A program made the position numbers and the translations under genes. The notes under the pieces are model-generated. The model searched no databases, was not told the DNA's origin, and saw nothing but the letters and a program-made list of their open reading frames with translations. A DNA stretch of 63,859 bases, counting the filler, from Octopus bimaculoides (lineage: Eukaryota), in assembly GCF_001194135.2 (NCBI RefSeq). It is 7 parts of 7 records of this genome, joined end to end, with 100 filler letters (N's around TTAATTAATTAA, not from the genome) between each part and the next. Parts side by side here need not be neighbours in the genome. Positions count along the whole stretch, not along the records: positions 11,033 to 42,891 come from NC_068986.1; positions 42,992 to 46,503 come from NC_069009.1; positions 46,604 to 50,721 come from NC_068982.1; positions 50,822 to 58,645 come from NC_068994.1; 3 more parts are not named here. The stretch is one strand, 5' to 3'. Each line of letters begins with the position of its first letter. Positions within the stretch are counted from its first letter, which is position 1. Shown here piece by piece: positions 38,879 to 51,581 of the stretch.

Positions 38879-39651
38879 GTAAGAAGCAAAGATCTTGAAT
38901 TTTTCTTTTCTTTTTTTTATAAAGTAAACATTATATTATCAAACTTAACACTTTTGTGTGGCTGGGTGATCTGAGATGTTCATTTAGGAATTATGTGATT
39001 TCAGGTTCAATCTCATTGCTTGGCACCTAGGATAAGTGTTGTCTGCTACAACCTGAGGTTAACAAAAGGCCTCAAGTAAAATTTGGTGGACAGAAACTAT
39101 ACAGAAGTCTGCCATAGGGACTGTCATGTTCTTGGGTGATAGGCTTAATCTCTTGCCCAGTTTAACACAACCATTTGATTTTTTGGTACTTTTTGTGGAG
39201 TCTTGTATGCATTCAGCCCAGATCTTTGGTTTAACCTTTTAGTATTTAAATAGGCTATATCTCATCTGAATAGTCTATCTGTTCTGTGTTGAAACTGGCC
39301 AACTCCAGCTTTTCACATTGACCCTAAAATATTGTTCTTGAAATATGCAATCATATCAAAGCTATGAGATAATGCATGATGAATTCATAGCAATGTGAAT
39401 AAGTAAGCATTACATTTGACAAAATAATCTGTTGCTAAAGGGGAAAGGACAATTTCCTCTCTGCTTCCCATCACACTCAGACAATCCATACCAAAAAAAA
39501 GGTCATACACATTGCCTTTTGATTAACACCTGATGAGCTGGACATGTCATATGCACACAAAAGTAATGTGGAGCTGAGTCAAACTTATTAATTACAAGTA
39601 ATTTCAACTAAATGTGCTTAGTGTTACTGGTTTTTACTTGTTCATATATCT

Positions 39652-39682
<31 letters not shown>

Positions 39683-39863
39683 TATATATATTGTGCCTGT
39701 AATTCAAAGGGCCAGCCTTGTAACACTGTGTCACGCTGAATATCCCCGAGAACTACGTTAAGGGTACACATGTCTGTGGAGTGCTCAGCCACTCTCATGC
39801 TAATTTCACGAGCAGGCTGTTCCTGATCAACTGGAACCCTCGACGTTGTAAGCGACGGAGTGC

Positions 39864-39894
<31 letters not shown>

Positions 39895-40364
39895 TGTGCC
39901 TGTAATTCAAAGGGCNNNNNNNNNNNNNNNNNNNNNNNNNNNNNNNNNNNNNNNNNNNNNNNNNNNNNNNNNNNNNNNNNNNNNNNNNNNNNNNNNNNNN
40001 NNNNNNNNNNNNNNNNNNNNNNNNNNNNNNNNNNNNNNNNNNNNNNNNNNNNNNNNNNNNNNNNNNNNNNNNNNNNNNNNNNNNNNNNNNNNNNNNNNNN
40101 NNNNNNNNNNNNNNNNNNNNNNNNNNNNNNNNNNNNNNNNNNNNNNNNNNNNNNNNNNNNNNNNNNNNNNNNNNNNNNNNNNNNNNNNNNNNNNNNNNNN
40201 NNNNNNNNNNNNNNNNNNNNNNNNNNNNNNNNNNNNNNNNNNNNNNNNNNNNNNNNNNNNNNNNNNNNNNNNNNNNNNNNNNNNNNNNNNNNNNNNNNNN
40301 NNNNNNNNNNNNNNNNNNNNNNNNNNNNNNNNNNNNNNNNNNNNNNNNNNNNNNNNNNNNNNNN

Positions 40365-41372
40365 TAGTAGCTAAATAATAATCTTAAGGCCGCAATTTAC
40401 TCACATGCAGCATCTTTCAGAACTTTGTCGCTAATTCGGTTCTTAACCAAATTGAAAACTGTTAACATTTTTGAAGAGGACTGATCCCTAGCTACATTTT
40501 GGCATAAAAAATTGAGATTTGGTACAGTAGAAAAAAGTTTACAACAAAATTTGTAGCAATGTTATAGGAGAATAAGTAATGCCTCCAATCAAGTTTAGAT
40601 CTAAATAACTTTTTTATTTTAAAAACAAAATATATTTATCTTAGCTTCAATGATAGAAGAAAGCATGAGGAATTTGTATCAAAAAGTTGTGAGGTAAAAT
40701 ATCATGAAAAAGTATAAGATAAAAAATTGCATTTAAGTATAATTAACTTTTTTTATTTTAAAAACAAACTATATTTTAATTAAGCTTAAATGATAGTGAT
40801 CAATTAAAGGAATTTCATAGTATCAATCTCATGCAATGAATTTTTTAAAGAATAAAGTTATGAATGTTTGTTTTTCAAATTTGAAGGTGATAATATTGTT
40901 CTATACTTTTTTATAAATATAATTCTATAAGGGGACTTTTAACATATGTCACCGGCATCATTGAGGTAAGGAAAAAAATTATCAATGACTCCGCTAATTT
41001 ACTATTTGTTTAATTACTTCATCTGTATTAATTAATGCAATTATATCATGTAAATACAGTCCCGTAATATCTGAAACAGAATCGTAGTAGTTTACATTGA
41101 CAGGGATTTCTCAGATTTTAAGACTTCTCAAAGTATCATTCGCCTACAGTAGTAGTTGAATAATATTCTTAAGGCTGCAATTTACTCGCATGCAGCATCT
41201 TTCAGAGCTTTGTCACTAATTCAGTTCTTAACCAAATTGAAAACTGTTATCATTTTTGAAGAAGACTGGTCCCCGTGAGTAATCAAGATTTGATCTAAAT
41301 AACTTTTTATTTTAAAAGCAAAATATATTTATCTTAGCTTAAATGATAGAAGAAAGCATGAGGAATTTCATA
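40365..41372 (+). repeat. Local direct duplication with internal deletion
   Basis: 41150-41372 repeats about 40365-40490 joined to about 40585-40680. Confidence 0.7.
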
Positions 41373-41952
41373 GTTTTGGTCCAATGTAACAAAGTGCTCT
41401 TCTATGGGGTTGCGTAACTTACTAGAAATATGAACAAGATCTCAATTTAATTATATTATACACATTTTGGAAAATACAGCATGGCTGATTACAAATTTCC
41501 AATGGACAAATTACTGGTTCGCTGTGTTTATGATGTGGCATGTGACAAGAGGTTTTCTCCTTAACAACAGATTTTTGTTGGAAAGTACAGGCTTAATGGT
41601 TTTCCTCACCATAGGCGCAGGTTTGATTGCATGGTAAGAGACTTGTTTCCCAATCGCATGGTTCTGGGTTCAGTTCCACTATGTAGACCCTTGAATCTTC
41701 TTTGATAGTTTTGGCCAACAAAAGCCTTGTGAGTGGATTTCGTAAATGGAAACTGAAAGAAGACCATCTCACACATGTGTGTGTGCGCGTGTGTGTGTGT
41801 GTGTAAGTGTGTGTGTGTGTGTGTGTGTTTAAGTGTGTGTGTGTGTGTTATTGACCACACATACTTAACATATATGCTTGTATGAATACATGCCAAATCA
41901 CAACTTACCAGCAAATGCACTTAGCATATGCCTTAAGTAGTTGTGGTCGATA

Positions 41953-42006
<54 letters not shown>

Positions 42007-42113
42007 CCAATTTGAGGATATAAACCTCTTATAGGGATGATTCCATCCAAGTTACACTGGTTTAATATATACTGTAAAGAATTATCTCTTCAATAAATAT
42101 ATTATAAATATCA

Positions 42114-42873
42114 AATATTATTAAGCAAGAAAATGGAGAGATTTAATGGATAAAGTTAATCTATTAATTAATTAACATTGCCTACGATTGTTTCAAGTCA
42201 CACTCAATTGAAGATTTTGAGTGGAATAGAATAGCATTAAGACAAAAGGACATTAAGGAAGTTACATGTTGACTGGTTGAGACATTCTAACAGACTAAGT
42301 AAATGAAAGTGTTTAGTTATTTGTGTGTGTGTGTGTGTGTGTATGTGCATTAATATTTTTCTTAAAATATAATAAAATAAAATAAAATATATAAAAGTAT
42401 TAAAATATGTAATATGCACATAAAGATAAAAATAAAATAAGTTAAAGAAATTATAAAAATTAATAAAAATAGGAATAATATTCAATCTATGATAAGTTAT
42501 ATGGACATAAATAAAATAATATTATTATTTTATTTATGTCTGTATAACTCTGTCTTATTTTATTTTTATTTTTTATTTTTATTTTTATACATGCATATTA
42601 CATATTTTAATACTTTAATATATTTTATTTTATTTTATTATATTTTAAGAAGAATATTAATGCACACATACAAATAACTAAACATACATTCATCAATTTA
42701 GTCTGTTAGAATGTCTCAACCGGTCAACATGTAACTTCCTTAATGTCCTTTCACCCTGATGATATTCCACTCAAAATCTTCAATTGAGTGTGAATTGAAA
42801 CAATTGTAGGGAATGTTAATTAATAAATTAATTTTATCCATTGAATCTCTCCATTTTCTTGCTTAATAATATT
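42114..42873. repeat. ~760-bp imperfect palindrome of two inverted PLE pseudo-LTRs
   Basis: AATATTATTAAGCAAGAAAATGGAGAGATT at 42114 is the reverse complement of about 42844-42873. Arms align inward to a centre near 42522, with substitutions and indels. Confidence 0.85.
42750..42813 (+). ncRNA. Near-intact minimal type I hammerhead ribozyme
   Basis: ttcacc-CTGATGA-t-ATTC-CACTCAA-loop-TTGAGTG-t-GAAT-t-GAA-ACAATTGT-A|gggaa. Predicted cleavage after 42808. Confidence 0.7.
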
Positions 42874-43404
42874 ATATATATATATATATATNNNNNNNNN
42901 NNNNNNNNNNNNNNNNNNNNNNNNNNNNNNNNNNNTTAATTAATTAANNNNNNNNNNNNNNNNNNNNNNNNNNNNNNNNNNNNNNNNNNNNTATATATAT
43001 ATATATATCTTTCTATCTATCTATTTATACTTATATATACTATAAATACTTATATGTGTGTCCCTGTATTAAAAATAATTTTTATATATAATTATTATCA
43101 TTATCGATATTGATTATATTATTATCCTTATTATCATTATTATTACCATTGTTATCATTATTATTATTATATATATTATATATCAATACTAATATGTTTC
43201 TCTATTTTCTTTTCTTCTCCTTTTCATCTCCGTAGGTCCTAGGGCTGTTTTTCACGCTCGGGTGTTGACCAGATTTTTTTGGTTCTGCAGACCAACCAAA
43301 AACGACGAAAGTCTCTCGCCGGATACTCGGTTAATCCAAACATTTCCACAAAAGCTTACCTTAGCGTTCTCCTTTATTTCGGAGTTTCGACTTAAGCAAC
43401 AACA

Positions 43405-43602
43405 ATGGCCGGTTACGATCCAAATGATCCGGATATGGAGTTTCTGTGTCTGCCTAGGAACAAGCTGTTGGAGCTGACCACCAGGGCATTTGACGGCAAG
43501 AAGAACTGCTGGGTGCCAGATACCAAGGAAGGTTTCTTGTCCGCAGAAATCCAGAGTACCAAAGGTGATGAAGTCACTGTCAAATGTGACGCTAATTCTG
43601 AG
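43405..43602 (+). CDS. Mhc: Muscle myosin II heavy chain, first coding exon (N-terminal SH3-like domain)
   Basis: MAGYDPNDPDMEFLCLPRNKLLELTTRAFDGKKNCWVPDTKEGFLSAEIQSTKGDEVTVKCDANSE, 198 nt, donor GTAAAT, phase 0. Confidence 0.93.
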
Positions 43603-44088
43603 GTAAATATCTGTGATTCACTTCTTTGGATTTGCCATTACATATATATATATATATATATATATANNNNNNNNNNNNNNNNNNNNNNNNNNNNNNNNNN
43701 NNNNNNNNNNNNNNNNNNNNNNNNNNNNNNNNNNNNNNNNNNNNNNNNNNNNNNNNNNNNNNNNNNNNNNNNNNNNNNNNNNNNNNNNNNNNNNNNNNNN
43801 NNNNNNNNNNNNNNNNNNNNNNNNNNNNNNNNNNNNNNNNNNNNNNNNNNNNNNNNNNNNNNNNNNNNNNNNNNNNNNNNNNNNNNNNNNNNNNNNNNNN
43901 NNNNNNNNNNNNNNNNNNNNNNNNNNNNNNNNNNNNNNNNNNNNNNNNNNNNNNNNNNNNNNNNNNNNNNNNNNNNNNNNNNNNNNNNNNNNNNNNNNNN
44001 NNNNNNNATTGCTCCCTTCAATAGTCTGTATTTCCCTACAAATCATTTCAAAGCATTTCTTTATATAATTTCCTTTAATTATTATCCC

Positions 44089-44444
44089 TTAACCATTTAG
44101 CATTCAAACCAGCTATATCCAAGTCTAAACATTCAACCAGTTAAAACTGGCCAGATCTGCCCTCTCACACCTATCCTATCTGGTCTTTCTCAAAATAAAG
44201 GTATCACACTAGTAAAATACCTTAGCTGCAAGATAATGCATGATTAACTCAAAACAATGTAAATAAGTAAGAATTAATTTTGAGAGAGTAATCTAAATGC
44301 TAAAGGGTTGAACTGGCCAGTTCCAGCCTCTCACCCCTATCATACAATGTCATTCTAAAAATGAACAAATAAATGAGCAGTACATTTGAAATGTGAATAA
44401 ATAAGTATTACATTTGAAAGAGTAATCCGAATGCTAAAAGTTAA
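44089..44444. mobile_element. piggyBac-like MITE, one full copy plus a tandem 3' half
   Basis: TTAA|CCATTTAGCATT ... AATGCTAAAGGG, then a partial repeat ending AATGCTAAAAG|TTAA. Confidence 0.7.
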
Positions 44445-44525
44445 GCCCCTAAGATTCAGTTTAAAATATTCCTGTATGGAATAAACCTCGATCAAAAACT
44501 ACATCTGACCCCTTTTCTTTTGCAG

Positions 44526-44669
44526 ATGAGAACAATCAAGAAAGATGACATCTCTCAGATGAACCCTCCCAAGTTTGAAATGAACATGGACATGGCTAAC
44601 TTAACCTTTCTTAATGAAGCCTCCATTCTGCATAACTTGAGGTCGCGTTACCAATCTGGTTTCATCTAC
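44526..44669 (+). CDS. Mhc: Myosin II heavy chain, second coding exon
   Basis: [48 protein letters not shown], 144 nt, TGCAG and GTAAGT boundaries. Confidence 0.95.
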
Positions 44670-44778
44670 GTAAGTACATTTGGTTGGTCATTTTAAACAG
44701 CAGTTTTCTCCATTACCACCATTACAAGTTTCTCCCACACTCTCTCTCTCTCTCAAACACACACTACCTCTGTCTGTC

Positions 44779-44812
<34 letters not shown>

Positions 44813-46609
44813 GCTCTCTCTCATTCACATGTGCAATCTCCTTGATTATTTGCGGATCCTCTCTATAAAGTGTGGTGGGTGGGGTGGGGATGCAGGACAC
44901 TTAACATTTCTGCACAGCTTGTATTCGACTTAATGATAAACCTATACACATACATGCACATACACACACACACACTCACACACAAATGCATGCACACACA
45001 CATACATATCTACACACACATATTAGACATATTGGTCTACTCATATATCTCTGACAGTGCTGTTAACACACACGCATACACACACACATATATATCAAAC
45101 AATCTACCTATTGGTATATACATATATACATAAACAGATTCATACGTATCAACTGCCTGGACATACAGTGCTGTACTGCACACCAGCATAGGTCAAGAAA
45201 GTTTGTATGGATATAGTAATGTAGTAATTATTTCAATTCTTTCTATCAATATAATAAGATACTAATGGCTTTTGATCCTTTCAGGGTCAATGTAATTGAC
45301 TTAACTACTCTTGGGTATGAGTACAAAAAAATCCCCAAGCAACTGCATCCCTCTGTCAAGTCATGTTGAGTCAATGTAACAGAATGAGGTTGGGAGAATA
45401 TTCTCTGGTTGGGAGAATATGGTCAGGCCCTTGTCCTAAAGTGGACTGAATATGGGAAATCTACTAAGGAGTGGCCAGGAACAAACACAACACACAGACA
45501 AACAAACACAACACACAAAGACACACACAGACACATATCTACATATATATATATATATATATAATGGAATACTGTGCGAGCCAGGTTCCTATATGAAGTG
45601 CTAATGAGGTGATAACCTGGACTGTAATTATCCCATCAATTTATGTATTATATATATATATACATACACACACATACATATTTTATGTGTGTGTGTGTGT
45701 GTGTGTGTGTGTAGGTGTATATGTATGTATTCATGTGGTGTGTGTGTGCATGTACATACATTTCCCTTCTTTCCTTTCTTTCTCTCACACTCTTTCTACG
45801 CACGCACACATACACACACACACAGTCATACACACAGGATGGAAAGAAAAAGTTAAATGCGTGTATGTGTGTATGTGTGTGCGCGCGAATGCGTGTATGT
45901 GTCTGTTTGTTTGTGTGCATGCGTGTGTGTCTGTGTGTGATAAGGCTGTTAGCTAGTTCACTGGAATCCGCACAGATTTGGTAGGTTGAGCTCCTCACAG
46001 ATCTACTTATATGGAGTTTCCAAAGAACACAGCACAACACCACAGAGTAGAGAGCTAGTCTCTATTCTTGGGTTTGCCTTGTAACATGAGCCGCCCAGTG
46101 ACTTCATAGCTACCAGCAGCAGCAGCAGTAGAAAAAGAGGCAGCAGCCACAGCTAATTGTGATGGGTAGCATCTTGCTCCTTCTCTGTCTTCCATGCTCC
46201 TCCCACCTCTCTCTCCATATATCTATATATTATATATATATATCATAAATATACAGGGATTAGCTTGAGTTGCTTCTCCAACATACTGAAAATTTAGAAA
46301 TAGCAGTCAAAGAACTACTGATTCCAATTATTCCAATTATTAATTCTATTACTAATTCACGATTCCCTGCCCTTATTTCTGTATATTATATATATATATA
46401 TATGTATATATTAAATATATATATACTGTATATTCTGTCATCAGTCCTCACCTTTCTGCCTCTCTTTCTGCCTCTCTCTCACCTGTCTTCACTTACCTAA
46501 TGGNNNNNNNNNNNNNNNNNNNNNNNNNNNNNNNNNNNNNNNNNNNNTTAATTAATTAANNNNNNNNNNNNNNNNNNNNNNNNNNNNNNNNNNNNNNNNN
46601 NNNAATGTG

Positions 46610-46935
46610 AATATTTGATATTTAGTAGACATGCCCTTTGCATTTTTCAATGCAAGGACCCTATTAGGCATGTTACTGATCAGATGACGAATATTCTCTT
46701 GTGGAATTTCTTGCCAAGTTTCATGCAGTAATCTCAAAAGATCTGGCTTTGAAGATGCTTTATTGTTCTTTTTATGAAGTGTCCGGTCCATTATGTCCCA
46801 GATGTGTTCAATAGGGTTCATATCTGGAGACTGGCTTGGCCATGAAAGCTTTTTAATGCCATACATAGGGAAGACCCTATGTCTGGCAACAGGACTCTGC
46901 ACCATGCCAAACAAGCAAGAGAATCCAATCATGGC
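46610..46935 (-). mobile_element. Tc1-like transposase C-terminal fragment
   Basis: WPSQSPDMNPIEHIWDIMDR..TWQEIPQENIRHLISNMPNRVLALKNAKGMSTKY. Confidence 0.85.
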
Positions 46936-47325
46936 TGTCAGACAATTTCTGCAATGACATCACCCCTAACATCTGGCCACATAACCCACCAGACTGCAAA
47001 CCCCTTGATTATTATGTGTGGGGTGTAGCTGAGCAAGAGACCAACAAAACACCTTGTAACACCAAAGATGAACTGAAGGCAAAGGATTATGGCAGCATTC
47101 ACCAACTTAAAGAAGGAGACAGTCCAGAAGAGTTGCAGGAGATTCCAAAGTTGTCTGGAGGACGTTACTGAAGCCAATGGTGATTTTTTTTTAATAAATT
47201 TACTCTTTAGTATTTCAAGACATTTGTATGTAATTTTGGTAAATATACCTGTTAAAATGAGATGTTAGTGTCATTTTCATTTTTGTGCAATTTAGACAAC
47301 AGTTTACTCATCGCACCCTTTATAC
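46936..47325 (+). mobile_element. Second Tc1/mariner-superfamily transposase C-terminus with 3' end
   Basis: IWPHNPPDCKPLDYYVWGVAE..NTKDELKA/IMAAF..CRRFQSCLEDVTEANGDFF*. Ends near gcaccctt|ta. Confidence 0.75.
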
Positions 47326-47811
47326 ACACACACACACACAGAGTGAGCTTCAACACAGTTTCTATCTACCAAATTCACTCACAAAGTATTGGTCAGCCCA
47401 GGGCCATAGCAGAAAATAGTTATCCAAATCAGTGCACAGAGGAACAAAACATGAAGCCACATAATTGCAAAGTCAGCTTCTAAACCACACAGCCATGCCT
47501 GTGGTTAAATTTTTGCAAAAACAAGAAGCTAGCTTAATTTCTTATCAGAGATCTTGATTTTCTCTTGCTTCTGTTTTGTAATGTGAACCATCTAATGACA
47601 TTTGTAATACTTATGTATTGATCTTCATAATCTGATACAAGTAATTTCCTCTAAAGATATCAATTACGATCTGACTTTATTTACAGTTTGGTGGTTTATG
47701 GATAATTAGTTTGGCACATGGGGTTTATAGTGTTATATTTCACTGCAGACAGCCCTCTACCAATGAAATTCTGGATAAAAATAGAAACAACAACAACAAG
47801 AGCAATGATGC

Positions 47812-48021
47812 TGATTTCAAATTTTGGCACAAGGCCTGCAATTTTGGGGGAGGAGGATAAGTTGATTACATTGGCCCCAGTGCTCGACTGGTACTTATTT
47901 CATCGACCTCAGAAGGAAGAAAGATAAAGTTGACCTCGGCGGAATTTGAACTCGAATGTGAAAATGTTAAGCATTTCGCCCAGCATGCTAACGATTCTGC
48001 CATTTCACTGCTTATTATTGT

Positions 48022-48054
<33 letters not shown>

Positions 48055-49105
48055 AATAATAATAATAAGGATTTCAAATTTTGCCACAAGGGCAGCAGTT
48101 TTGAGAGAGGGGATGACTTGATTACATCACTCCCCACCCCAATGTTCAATTGGTATTTGTTTTATCAACCACAAAGGGATGAAACGTAAAGTCGACTTGA
48201 GCAGAATTTGAACTCAGAATGTGAAAACAGACAAAATGCTATTAAGCATTTCCCCAGGCATGCTAATGATTCTGCCAGTTCACCACTTAATATCACAATC
48301 AATAAAAAAAATAAATAAATAAATAATAATAATAATAATAATAATAATATGCACTGCTCTCTCACTCAATAATAATGATAATGATAATAATGATGATGAT
48401 GATGATGATGATAATTTCTAACATAGGCTCAAGGCCACATTTTTTGGTGGGGAGAGGATCAGTTAATTAAATAAACTCCAGTACTTTACTGGTATTTGTT
48501 TAATTGATCCTGAAAGGATGAACAACAATTACTATAATGAATAATTTCTAACATAGGCACAAGGCCACACTTTTTTAAATAATAATTCTTTCTACTATAG
48601 GCACAAAGCCTGATGATCCACCCCACTACACACACACACACACACCACATATCATACCATACCATACCACACCACCTGCCAGGCCTCAATTAGTGTTTAT
48701 TTCATTGACCCCGAAAGAATAAAAGGCAAAATCAACCTTGGCAGAATTTAGACTCAGAACATAAAACCAGAAAAAAATGCTGTTATGCATTTTTTCTGGC
48801 ATGCTATTGATACTGCCAGATGTCCACATTTTAATAACAACAACAACAACAACAACAATAATAATAAAAGTGATAATAATAATAACGGTTTCAAATTTTG
48901 TCACAAGAGCAGCCATTTGTGGGGAGGTGATGAGTCGATTACATCGAACCCCAGTACTTAACTGGTACTTAATTTATCGACCCCCAAAAGGATGAAAGGC
49001 AGAGTCGACCTCAGTGGAATTTGAACTCAGAACGTAGCAGCAGATGAAATACCACTAAGCATTTCGCCCAGCATGCTAATGATTCTGCCAGCTCGCCGCC
49101 TTAAT
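47812..49105 (-). repeat. Head-to-tail array of family B SINEs (about 4 copies plus stubs)
   Basis: Copies at about 47812-48012, 48070-48288, 48413-48830 (fragmented) and 48887-49102, with (AAC)n/(AAT)n spacers. Confidence 0.8.
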
Positions 49106-49124
49106 AATAATGATGATGATGATG

Positions 49125-49211
<87 letters not shown>

Positions 49212-49280
49212 AGAAGAAGAACTGTGAATAACTATGATTAATTGAAGTGCAAATTACTCAGGTTGTGGTTCAAAAAAAGA

Positions 49281-49455
49281 GATTGGTATAAATGTAAAGA
49301 TAGAACACCTACAAAAGTCATCATTGTTTGGATCTGCAAGAGTTCTCTGCAGAGTTCTTGAAGCATGATCAGCAAACAAGTGTCACCTTAGTCTGCTGAC
49401 TGTGGGCAGCTGACACCATCATACTCAGCAAAATAAGCTGAATGGTTTCATGAAA
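49281..49455 (+). mobile_element. 3' end of REL-type (R4/Dong-like) non-LTR retrotransposon
   Basis: IGINVKIEHLQKSSLFGSARVLCRVLEA* matches the LQK..LLG.ARILR.VL C-terminal signature. Confidence 0.7.
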
Positions 49456-49774
49456 TAATAGCACAGCTCCAGAAAACAGCGCTGATTAGGGACAGTTAGG
49501 ATGCTTAAAAGGATTCTTTGCATCTAAGATAACTTGTAGACTGATGTTAGGAATTTTTCTTTTCCAACAGTCTTATCTGGTGTGTGTATATGAATAATAA
49601 TGGTAATGACAATTGTCTCTAATTTAGGTACAAGACCAATTATTCTAAAGAGAGACATTACTTGATTATATTGAGTTCAGGATTTGACTAGTACTTATTT
49701 TATTGGCCTTGAAAAGAATTAAAGACAATATTGGAACTCAGAAACAAATACAGCACAATATTTTGTCTGACACT

Positions 49775-49947
49775 TAAGGTGGGGAGCTGGCAGAATCTAT
49801 ACATTCTGGGTTCAAATTCCACCAAGGTTGTTTTTGCCTTTCATCCTTTTGGGGGCCAATAAAACTAGTACCAGTTGAATACTGGGGTCAATGTAATTGG
49901 CTTACCCAATGTTTTGAACTTGCTGGTCTTGTACCAAAATTTTAAAT
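49775..49947 (+). mobile_element. SINE family B with 19-bp TSD, nested in an antisense family B copy
   Basis: CAATATTTTGTCTGACACT at 49756-49774 and 49948-49966. Confidence 0.8.
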
Positions 49948-50684
49948 CAATATTTTGTCTGACACTAATAATTCTTACAGTCTCATGTTCAACTGTCAGA
50001 ACAAGGACCAGGCTTTAAAAACCAGAAAGTACTGGGTTTGATTCATTCAACTAAAATTTCTTCAAGGCAGTGCTACAGCATGGCCACAATCTAATGACTG
50101 AAAGTAGTAAAAGATATATACAGTCTCAGTGCAGCTGCAGAGGCAGTAAAGGCAGAAATGAAGGGAGTTGCGGTAGCAGAAGCAGCAGGAGCAGTGGTTG
50201 TGGAGATAGCTGCAACAGCTGTGTTAACGGTGACACCAGTGCCAATGGGGGCAGCTGCAAGCATGATAGATGCAGCAGTGGTAGCAGACAATCATTAAAG
50301 TATTCCAGCCATGACTATCCAGTCATAATTTCTTTACCAAATCCATTCACAAGGCTTTGGTCAGTCTAAAGCTATAGTAGAAAATACTTGCCCAAGGTGC
50401 CACGCAGTGGAACTGAACTCACAACCATAGGGTTGAGAAGCAAGCTTCTTATCACACAGCCATGCCTGCACCTGGTACATGCACAAGACTTAAGTTCTAA
50501 TAAGGAGTTCTATGCAGCTTTAGAAAAATCTGAAGTTATTTTACATACACAACCTTTGATTTCTCTATAAACCATGCCAAGATTAATGAGAAACTTGGCA
50601 AGCATATTTACTATGTCAATAGATTTTCTGTGTACTGATATGGGAATGATGTGTATGTAAGTGTGTTTGTGAGTGTGTGTGTGT

Positions 50685-50721
<37 letters not shown>

Positions 50722-51581
50722 NNNNNNNNNNNNNNNNNNNNNNNNNNNNNNNNNNNNNNNNNNNNTTAATTAATTAANNNNNNNNNNNNNNNNNNNNNNN
50801 NNNNNNNNNNNNNNNNNNNNNATCTGAAACAACTACTTGCATATTTATTCTTAACTACGTTCCGAGCAGATTCAAACGCAAATATGCTAGTCGTTTTTGT
50901 GTGCGTCACACGAAAACAGAAATAATAATAATAATAATAATAATAGCAAACTTGAAATGCAAAAATAGAAATAATTTTAAAAAAAACTGCAAACAAATGA
51001 AAGATAAAAACAGAGTAAAACAGAAAACAACTTCAAGAAGAAAAACAAAACACAAAAAACGGAATATTTAAATGAAATTTGTTTCACGTTGAAAAGATAT
51101 TGGTAACGATGACATGGTCGAACGTGCAATTAATTATGTCGCAGCGTTTAATATGGCAACGCATTGGTCATGATGATGCTGTTGATTATGATGATGATGA
51201 GGAGGAGGAGGATATTAGAAGTGGTGGTGATTATTGTCAGGATGATGATGGTGATGGTGGTGGGGATAATGGGGATGATGACAAGGACGGTGATGACATC
51301 AGTGATGATGATGACGACGATGATGATGATGATGGCGGTGATGATGATGGCGGTAATAATGATGGCGGTGATGATGATGCTGATGATGCTGATGATGATG
51401 ACAAGCACGAATATGATGACGGTGATAATGATGGTAATAAGGACAGCGATGCCGACAATATCGATGATGACAACTATGACAAAATACCTGCCTGGCTGTA
51501 TGCACACCACCTCATTGCTCAGCCCCGCCCCACAAAAATAAAAAATAAATAAAACGAAATGAAAAGAGTTGTTCTACTTAC

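Noticed and set aside
42114-42873. Palindrome as a library fold-back artefact
   Set aside because: Arms differ by many substitutions and indels, whereas a chimera would be near-identical.
38879-44669. Myosin nested in, or read through from, the pirin gene
   Set aside because: An artificial spacer at 42892-42991 separates them.
46604-51581. G-alpha exon 3 or further myosin exons
   Set aside because: Searched by eye for YQL.DS and TYSGLF motifs; none found.
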